Source: a virus. Taken from it: a stretch of 64,000 nucleotides of DNA. The translations under genes and the position numbers were made by a program. Below are positions 40,924-47,550 of this stretch, in pieces (position 1 is the stretch's first letter; each line of letters opens with the position of its first letter). The notes below the pieces were generated by a model. It had not been told where the DNA came from, ran no database searches, and worked only from the letters and a program-made list of their open reading frames with translations. Location of the stretch: the UHGV virus genome UHGV-0275551, one strand, 5' to 3'.

Positions 40924-41133
40924 TCAGTTAATTTTCAGCTTTGCATAACCTCTCATTGTACGAATTGGAGATGTTAAGGCTACGCGTCTAATATATGCCT
41001 TTTTTGTGTATACATTTGTCTTTCCGATAGTGTTTACACATGTAAAAAGATTTATTGGTGAATTTTTTAACTTCAACTGTTTATCAGCCTTCACACCCCA
41101 TCTTACAGCAGATTGTTTTCCGTTGTCAACCAC
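40924..41133 (-). CDS. hypothetical protein (GTG start) or 3' part of a frameshifted cassette gene
   Basis: 69-aa track ORF with GTG start and poor RBS; the family-B leader ATG at 41213 opens a 23-codon ORF in another frame that stops at 41142. Confidence 0.3.
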   Translation of the reverse strand: MVDNGKQSAVRWGVKADKQLKLKNSPINLFTCVNTIGKTNVYTKKAYIRRVALTSPIRTMRGYAKLKIN

Positions 41134-41213
41134 TTTCCCGCCTAACTTTTCGCTATGATGCGAGCGTCATCACGAGTTTTTACAGGAATTACAACGTTTT
41201 TGATAGTAGCCAT

Positions 41214-41301
41214 TTTTGAATCTCCAATTTAGGATTTAGTGGTAAAGCTCTTTATCTGGGGCTTACTTTATCGAACTATAAGCCCCTTGTAAAGTACTTT
41301 A
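41214..41301 (-). repeat. family-B leader element
   Basis: gaatctccaatttaggatttagtggtaaagctctttatctggggcttac...taagcccc. Confidence 0.6.
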
Positions 41302-41682
41302 TCAGTTAATTTTGAAGATTGTTACATAACCATCACTACCGATGATTTGAGACACTCCAGCTTTTTCTACTTGATAGCCCATATTTTCAAGATGATAAAC
41401 AGCATCATCGTAACCATATGCGCCACCCTGATAACGTCTCTTATCGCATCTTATCAGGTTTTTACCACGTCCAGCAAGTGCATGTAAAATGGCTTTTTCG
41501 CTTGAAAGAGTACCATCTAGCATTGTCGCCGTGTAATGGTTGATTTTATTCCCATTGATATCATACTTAAAATTAAACGAGTGAACAACAATAACGTTAC
41601 CTTTAAAATTCTCATCAAGTGACTTCTCCAGTGCGTTGCGAAAGTTGTCTTTGTTGATGAATTTAGGTGCACGGTATGCCAT
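41302..41682 (-). CDS. hypothetical protein (cassette gene, family-A leader; ends ...FKIN)
   Basis: 126-aa track ORF behind leader 41683-41750. Confidence 0.5.
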   Translation of the reverse strand: MAYRAPKFINKDNFRNALEKSLDENFKGNVIVVHSFNFKYDINGNKINHYTATMLDGTLSSEKAILHALAGRGKNLIRCDKRRYQGGAYGYDDAVYHLENMGYQVEKAGVSQIIGSDGYVTIFKIN

Positions 41683-41750
41683 TTTGAATCTCCAGTTTAG
41701 GACTTTATTTAGTGGGGAAGGTCATTACCTCCCCGTTGATGCAAATACTA
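41683..41750 (-). repeat. family-A leader element
   Basis: gaatctccagtttaggactttatttagtggggaaggtcattacctccccgttgatg. Confidence 0.6.
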
Positions 41751-41947
41751 GATAACCCCGTTCAAAGAGTCAAGAAAAATTTTAAAAATATTTTTGGAAA
41801 AACTGTAATGAAACGTGCGCACACGACTACCACAAAACAGAACACAAATCAAGAATTATTTTTCAACCCGCTACAAATTTTTCTCTTGACTTTTGGGGAG
41901 AGGTGGAGTAAGAGGGGGAGAGGGGTTGGTCTGGCTCTCTATAAAAA

Positions 41948-42140
41948 CCTACCTGCACGATTCTAAAATGATTTTTCTTGCCCGACCTGAGCGGGGTCTG
42001 CACGTTTTGAAAATGAAAAAGCTCTTTGGAGATTACCTGCACAGTTTGAAAATGAATTTTCTCTTTGGAGTTCAAAATTCTCTCTACAGATTTCTCTACA
42101 GAACTCTACCTGCACAATCCTGAAATGAAAAAGCCCTCCT
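41948..42140. repeat. four dispersed direct repeats of about 35 bp in the intergenic region
   Basis: copies of cctgcacNNttNtNaaaatgaNNtt at about 41948, 41995, 42032 and 42104. Confidence 0.55.
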
Positions 42141-42201
42141 TACCTGAAAAATTTACCAGATAAGGAAGGCTTAGTCTATTGTAAATATTATACAGAGTTT
42201 C

Positions 42202-42987
42202 TTAGTTCTTTGCGTCTAAGAAGGTAACTTCTGGTGAAGAGAAGACCGTCTCGATATCCTCATCAGTTCTTGCATAAATATATGTATCTGCATCACTGCC
42301 AAATGTTACGGCTATCCTGTGATTGCTCTTCGACAGGTGGGTAACTAGAGCGTTACTTAGAGACATCTTCTCAACCGGAGGGTTACTTTGATGTATCTTA
42401 CCTTTTCTTCGTCTGAAGAGGGTAACTGTATCATCTTTGAACGTTACTACACCTGCAAAGTATTCTGGTTCACAGTAGTTATTCCAACCTGAGCGTAACT
42501 TGTGGTACATCTCTCCTTCGTAGACATACAGATAAACATCTACACTCTTCATCACCTGATTAATGATAACTGTGACGGCTTGAGGGTCAAGTCCACCGAT
42601 ACCTGCACCAATCATAGGTAAACCAACCTTCTTCAACTGATTAACTTCACAGTATCTGTTAAGCTGTTTCAAAGATGACTCTAAAGCACTGTATCGGGCA
42701 TCTTTACCAGTCTTAAGCTGAGTGTAAAGGTTAGCTATACGACCTTGTTTTAAACGTGCTACAGAGAAATTACCCAGTAAATTTTCACAAGGTTTGTGTC
42801 CTATACCACCTGCATATAGATAAACTTCTGTATCGGTCTCATATGCTTTTGGGTAAAGTTTAGAAATCTTGTCAGCGATACCTGCACCCATTAAGTTCAT
42901 ACAGTTGCAACCGTGACCGATGATGTCAAACTTACCTTTATCAAATGCGGCAAAGATATCACCATTAATTATTTTTACAATACCCAT
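42202..42987 (-). CDS. macro-domain protein with about 100-aa C-terminal extension
   Basis: 261 aa; N-terminal IINGDIF...DIIGHGCNCMNLMGAGIADKI resembles the macro-domain ADP-ribose-binding signature. Confidence 0.55.
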   Translation of the reverse strand: MGIVKIINGDIFAAFDKGKFDIIGHGCNCMNLMGAGIADKISKLYPKAYETDTEVYLYAGGIGHKPCENLLGNFSVARLKQGRIANLYTQLKTGKDARYSALESSLKQLNRYCEVNQLKKVGLPMIGAGIGGLDPQAVTVIINQVMKSVDVYLYVYEGEMYHKLRSGWNNYCEPEYFAGVVTFKDDTVTLFRRRKGKIHQSNPPVEKMSLSNALVTHLSKSNHRIAVTFGSDADTYIYARTDEDIETVFSSPEVTFLDAKN

Positions 42988-43188
42988 TTAACATCTCTCC
43001 CAAGATTCTTTGTCTTCTGAAGGTTTTACACGTTGTCCTTCGTGGTCTACCCAGATGCACCCACAACCTTCACAGATTACTGGCATTGCATAACCAGCTT
43101 TAAAGTCATCTTCAGTGATAAGACCTTTTAAGTCACCTGTATCACGTCCGAACATTTCAATAGAACAGTCTTTGCAGAAGTCAGCCAT
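42988..43188 (-). CDS. hypothetical Cys-rich small protein
   Basis: 66-aa track ORF; CKDC...CEGCGC cysteine pairs. Confidence 0.4.
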   Translation of the reverse strand: MADFCKDCSIEMFGRDTGDLKGLITEDDFKAGYAMPVICEGCGCIWVDHEGQRVKPSEDKESWERC

Positions 43189-43200
43189 ATAACATACACC

Positions 43201-43428
43201 TTATAGTTCAGTTTCTCGTAATTCTTTACCTTCATCATAGAAGCATTTATAGAATGTATCTATAGAAATTCTGGCAAAGGTAAGGTCTTCAAAGTATTCT
43301 TCTGGAGTTATACCTGTAAAACTAAAACCATCAAGATTGTAAAACGGTATTACTGTGTCATCGCTCATGAAAACACATGCAGATACGACTTCTCCAGTAT
43401 CTTTGTCAATTATTTCTAGAGCTTTCAT
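43201..43428 (-). CDS. hypothetical protein
   Basis: 75-aa track ORF. Confidence 0.4.
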   Translation of the reverse strand: MKALEIIDKDTGEVVSACVFMSDDTVIPFYNLDGFSFTGITPEEYFEDLTFARISIDTFYKCFYDEGKELRETEL

Positions 43429-43540
43429 AGTTTACCTTCTCAGTTAGCTCATATAAATCAACATGCTCAATACTATCAATGTTGATATCAATCTTTTTGA
43501 AGCGTTCTATCACTTCGTTGTCAGTCATCCATATCAGACA

Positions 43541-43729
43541 CTAATGATTCTGAATGGATTCTTCAAGAAGGTCAACACAATCTTTAAAAGTTTTTGTATC
43601 ACTTCTTGTTCCTATCATTGCGATTGTTCCATATAGCCACTTACCATTGCCATAAGATACTTGTGCTACGCCAACTTCTTTGCCTTTCTCGTAGTAAACA
43701 GCTACAAAGTCTCTTCCGTTAATCTGCAT
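43541..43729 (-). CDS. hypothetical protein
   Basis: 62-aa track ORF. Confidence 0.35.
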   Translation of the reverse strand: MQINGRDFVAVYYEKGKEVGVAQVSYGNGKWLYGTIAMIGTRSDTKTFKDCVDLLEESIQNH

Positions 43730-43731
43730 AG

Positions 43732-44004
43732 TTACTTCCTCGTTTTGAGAACTGCTAAGATTTCTTTAGAGTCTGGTAAGAACCATGTGTAGTGATTCTC
43801 TTTGATTTCTGGATGAGTGTCAACCTTTATTTTGCACTCTTTACCAACATGCTTAAGCTGTGCTGTGATACCTTGCATAAAGATGTGACACATTACATTA
43901 TCCATAATCGTAGGTAAGAAATCAATCCTCATGTAAGTATCTTTCGGTCTCGGTAGAAGTAAGTAACCTTCTGTGTAGAAAGTTTCATCATTACTTTGTG
44001 TCAT
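43732..44004 (-). CDS. hypothetical protein
   Basis: 90-aa track ORF, coupled to o-spanin gene. Confidence 0.4.
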   Translation of the reverse strand: MTQSNDETFYTEGYLLLPRPKDTYMRIDFLPTIMDNVMCHIFMQGITAQLKHVGKECKIKVDTHPEIKENHYTWFLPDSKEILAVLKTRK

Positions 44005-44270
44005 TACTGCTTATTCCCTAATAAAATCATATCAATAAGGTTATTAGCTTTGATTGTGCACTGGTAAAATCCATCACGATAGAACTCAAGGGCTGCTGCC
44101 ACATCGCTGCCAGTATTACCTTTGACAGTGAATCTTGACTCTTCTTGAGTGTACTTGTCACCCTCACTTACTTGGGAGTTTTTGAATGTACTGTTCACTT
44201 TGTTCGTTGAACACCCTGACATAATTATCAGTAACACAAACATTATAAAACTCTGGCTTAGTTTTTTCAT
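44004..44270 (-). CDS. o-spanin (outer-membrane lipoprotein), putative
   Basis: 88 aa; signal peptide with lipobox-like IMSGC; overlaps the 3' part of the i-spanin-like gene in another frame. Confidence 0.55.
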   Translation of the reverse strand: MKKLSQSFIMFVLLIIMSGCSTNKVNSTFKNSQVSEGDKYTQEESRFTVKGNTGSDVAAALEFYRDGFYQCTIKANNLIDMILLGNKQ

Positions 44271-44511
44271 ATGTTAGTACCTCTTTTGTATGCTTATTCT
44301 TAGCAAGCACATCTTTCAAATCATTTTTGTAATTGGTGCTGAGTGTGGCTAAACCTTCCTGATAAGCATCTTTGGCAACACTTATTAGTTTCTCGTTATT
44401 TAGCTCAGTTTCAGCAACTTGGTAGTCTCTGTAAGAGTATCCTCCCCAGACACCTGTCCCAACTAAGAAAACAATTATGAAAGTAGCTTGACAGAACTCT
44501 TTAAATGTCAT
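44164..44511 (-). CDS. i-spanin, putative
   Basis: 115 aa; N-terminal TM helix (FIIVFLVGTGVWGG) then coiled-coil-like domain; overlapped arrangement with lipoprotein gene. Confidence 0.55.
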   Translation of the reverse strand: MTFKEFCQATFIIVFLVGTGVWGGYSYRDYQVAETELNNEKLISVAKDAYQEGLATLSTNYKNDLKDVLAKNKHTKEVLTYEKTKPEFYNVCVTDNYVRVFNEQSEQYIQKLPSK

Positions 44512-44529
44512 TTAACAATCTCCTGAAAT

Positions 44530-44553
44530 GAAAAAGGCTCCCGAAGGAGCCTG
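44530..44553 (-). terminator. rho-independent terminator
   Basis: aggctcc-cgaa-ggagcct hairpin followed on minus strand by TTTTTCATTTC. Confidence 0.5.
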
Positions 44554-44563
44554 TATCTTAACC

Positions 44564-45043
44564 TTAACCGAGGACTTTAGCAAGGATATTTGCAGCCATC
44601 GAAGAAGCTTTTGCAGCAGCAACTACGCCAGCTTTGACAGTGCTATCCTTAATAGCAGATACCGTTGCAGCATCAGTAAAGAGATAAGTGATTGTTTTGG
44701 AACCACTTGTAAAGGAAAGCATAAGAGTAGTTTCCAGATTGAAAGAGCGATACGGAGCACCTTCTTTAACGATACCTTCAGCACCTAACTCTGAAGCCTT
44801 ACCCATATCATAGATAGTCATCAGGTTTTCTTTGTGTGCAGTCGTTGAACCAACACCTTTTACGTGCTTCTTAACGTTCAACAATGCACGATATTCACGA
44901 ATGCTACCATCAGCTTTTACATTAACAGCACGGAAAATTTTACCTTCAAAGTTACCTTGAATCATTTTACGAACTACTTCAGATTTGTTTGCCGTATCGT
45001 CCAGTGCTACCGTAATGATATTGTTCATAAGTTCTTCTCTCAA
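44564..45043 (-). CDS. hypothetical protein
   Basis: 159-aa track ORF. Confidence 0.4.
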   Translation of the reverse strand: MREELMNNIITVALDDTANKSEVVRKMIQGNFEGKIFRAVNVKADGSIREYRALLNVKKHVKGVGSTTAHKENLMTIYDMGKASELGAEGIVKEGAPYRSFNLETTLMLSFTSGSKTITYLFTDAATVSAIKDSTVKAGVVAAAKASSMAANILAKVLG

Positions 45044-45735
45044 TGTTTAACTAACATGGTTTTAATGTGTGGAAGGATTCTGTTTACCTTCTGAACATTC
45101 TTCTCTGTATCTTCTATAAAACATACTATATCAAAGTAAGGCAGAATGCAAGACTGAATCATCCTCACTTTCAAACTTTCTGCACTTATAGAGTTAGTCC
45201 CAAAACCACGCATAAAAAGCATGTAATCATGCTCTATGTAATGCCTTAAAAACATCTCAGTAGGTATTCTCTGAGATTCACCTCTTGCTGTCAATAGTCC
45301 AATGGCAGCGTGATTAGAAATTGCATCAATAATATTGAAAACATACGTTGGTTTTGCACTTACAGAGTCAAGCAAATTGGTGTACTGTGAAAATGACCCA
45401 TCAATCAGTTCCGTTGAGCAATCTTCGTGATTAAAATTTGTCAGAACACCATCAATATCTGCTAAGATGAGGTTACCTTTTTCTACAAGGTCTTTATTGA
45501 CTATGACTAAACTGTCACGTCTTACACCTATAGTTTGTCCGGTCTCTTTGTCCACAACGTTCACAATTGGTTCTGATGTGTGGAACTCTTCAAGTGAACA
45601 TACAACTTCTCTTGCAGTATCTTCAAAATCCCTGCACTGTTCTGGAGTCCATACACAGGAATCAAGACCTAACTCATGAGGATGCAAGTCATAAGCGTGG
45701 CACAGGACTTCATCAGACTTTCTTAATTTTTTCAT
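45040..45735 (-). CDS. HAD-superfamily hydrolase (nucleotidase-like), putative
   Basis: 231 aa; motif I LILADIDGVLTN (DxDGVL) typical of HAD phosphatases. Confidence 0.45.
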   Translation of the reverse strand: MKKLRKSDEVLCHAYDLHPHELGLDSCVWTPEQCRDFEDTAREVVCSLEEFHTSEPIVNVVDKETGQTIGVRRDSLVIVNKDLVEKGNLILADIDGVLTNFNHEDCSTELIDGSFSQYTNLLDSVSAKPTYVFNIIDAISNHAAIGLLTARGESQRIPTEMFLRHYIEHDYMLFMRGFGTNSISAESLKVRMIQSCILPYFDIVCFIEDTEKNVQKVNRILPHIKTMLVKH

Positions 45736-46261
45736 GATTTACCTTAGAAAGGTTTGTTGCAAATTCACATTGAGCGATAACTTTCATATTGTTATAGACA
45801 TCTTGAGAGTATTTCTTAGCTTTAGGGATTTTGTACGAATACCCAGCATTATATGATGCTAAAACTTTTTGTAAAGTCTTCTTTGACTTTGGCTGACCAT
45901 GCACCTTTGTCCAAAACTCAAGCTCTTTGTGCGTTTCCTTCGCAGCATAGTCAAAATCTTTTAAGAGTTTCTTTTTAGCCACACTAGGACTAATTTTGTT
46001 ACGCTTTACAACAGTCTTCAAGTGATTCTGGAAGATACCATAGTCATGGGTCTTTTTATTTTCTACCTTCAGACCTAACTCTGACTCTTGTAAGGCTATA
46101 GCTGCTAGAGTGATACCCCAACCTTTACCCATGTTATTCTCACCATACTGGTAAGCTTTTAACATGTTCACTTTTTGACTAATTGATAGCTCTGGGCAGT
46201 CAACTGCATAAGATAAGTGTGCTGTAAACATTAAGCACAAACCTAGAATCAATTTCTTCAT
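45713..46261 (-). CDS. secreted lytic transglycosylase-like protein
   Basis: 182 aa; signal peptide; AIALQESELG ... YGIFQ resembles the SLT catalytic ES / GLMQ motifs. Confidence 0.45.
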   Translation of the reverse strand: MKKLILGLCLMFTAHLSYAVDCPELSISQKVNMLKAYQYGENNMGKGWGITLAAIALQESELGLKVENKKTHDYGIFQNHLKTVVKRNKISPSVAKKKLLKDFDYAAKETHKELEFWTKVHGQPKSKKTLQKVLASYNAGYSYKIPKAKKYSQDVYNNMKVIAQCEFATNLSKVNHEKIKKV

Positions 46262-46324
46262 TGGTTCTCCTGTTTAGTTTATCGTGACAACAATTATACA
46301 GCACTCTGCACAAAATACAAATAA

Positions 46325-46348
46325 AAAAGGCCGCCGAAGCAGCCTTTT
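46325..46348 (-). terminator. hairpin terminator between rIIB-like and SLT-like genes
   Basis: aaaaggc / gcctttt stem with A-run and T-run flanks (bidirectional appearance). Confidence 0.4.
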
Positions 46349-46361
46349 AAGAAATTACTTA

Positions 46362-47471
46362 TTAGATTTCACGTTTACGTTGAGAGATGAGTTCACCAGC
46401 AGTGCCAACGATGACATGCAAAGCTTCAGTCTTACCGTCCCATGCTTCCAGCACTTTACGTTGATTATCAACGATTGCTGCAACTTCATAACGAGAGGAA
46501 CGCATCTTCATATCATTGTAATCAGTTGGAACAGATACAACATCTCGTGGATGTACGCGAACCTTCAGGATTGTATCACCTGAGAAGCAACGAACATAAT
46601 CCCAAGCACCAACATGAAGACCTTGAGAGCAAGTTACGTTACGGTTATTATCAACCATCCAACGTGGCATTTCTACAATGTTACCCAAATCATTAGGCAC
46701 TTTGTAGGTGTGAGAGTCAACCAACTTGCCTTCACGAGTAGAGACTTTCTTCCAACCAATGATGTAGCCTTCTTCATCAATTTCAACATCAAGGTGAGAT
46801 ACAAATCCCCAAAGTTGTTCTACAGAATCTTTAGATGGGTTTTCCATCAGTTTTTCGAAGAACATTACAAGTCGTTCAAAACCTTTATCGCCAGTTTTCA
46901 TCATGTGAAGAATACGGTCAACCAGAGTAGAACGCATCTCAACAGCACCGTAGAATAGCTTGTCGCCTTTGATTGTGATAGCACCCTGAGTGAAGTTTTC
47001 GATAGACTTACGAATGTTCATCAGTTCAAATGCTTTCTTGAACTCACCTTTCACAACATGAACTACAATCTCTTGATAGTTCGGATGAGTAGACTCAACA
47101 ATTTCAGATTCTGAACCATAAGTCATAATTACAGAATCACCAGTAATCATGTACTCAATCTTGTCATCTTTCTGCATAGCTTCGTGCAGTTTATTTACTG
47201 GAGCTTTCTGTACAGTGTCTTTAACGACCTTTTCAACTGGTTTGCCAGCTTTCTTTTTAAAAGTCTTAGCAACTTGTTTCAAAGTCTTCGTAGCTGGTGT
47301 AGAAGTTGCCTTCTTCTTGCCTTTTAAGGTTGCTTCATGACGCTCTACAGCACGACCAACTGAACGGGTTGAAGTATTGAACTTCTGTGCAATAGCTGTT
47401 TTAGTCAGCTTACCTTCTTTAACCAGTTTGTAAATTTCTGCGTCAATCTGTGCTTTAGTTTTAGTAGTCAT
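46362..47471 (-). CDS. rIIB: rIIB-like protein, putative
   Basis: 369-aa track ORF immediately downstream of the rIIA-like gene; assignment by synteny. Confidence 0.35.
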   Translation of the reverse strand: MTTKTKAQIDAEIYKLVKEGKLTKTAIAQKFNTSTRSVGRAVERHEATLKGKKKATSTPATKTLKQVAKTFKKKAGKPVEKVVKDTVQKAPVNKLHEAMQKDDKIEYMITGDSVIMTYGSESEIVESTHPNYQEIVVHVVKGEFKKAFELMNIRKSIENFTQGAITIKGDKLFYGAVEMRSTLVDRILHMMKTGDKGFERLVMFFEKLMENPSKDSVEQLWGFVSHLDVEIDEEGYIIGWKKVSTREGKLVDSHTYKVPNDLGNIVEMPRWMVDNNRNVTCSQGLHVGAWDYVRCFSGDTILKVRVHPRDVVSVPTDYNDMKMRSSRYEVAAIVDNQRKVLEAWDGKTEALHVIVGTAGELISQRKREI

Positions 47472-47550
47472 CTTATTACTCTCTCTTGTTAGTTAATCAA
47501 TCAATTTGTGAGGCTATTCTAAGGGGCTTCAAAGCCCCTTGTCAAACACT

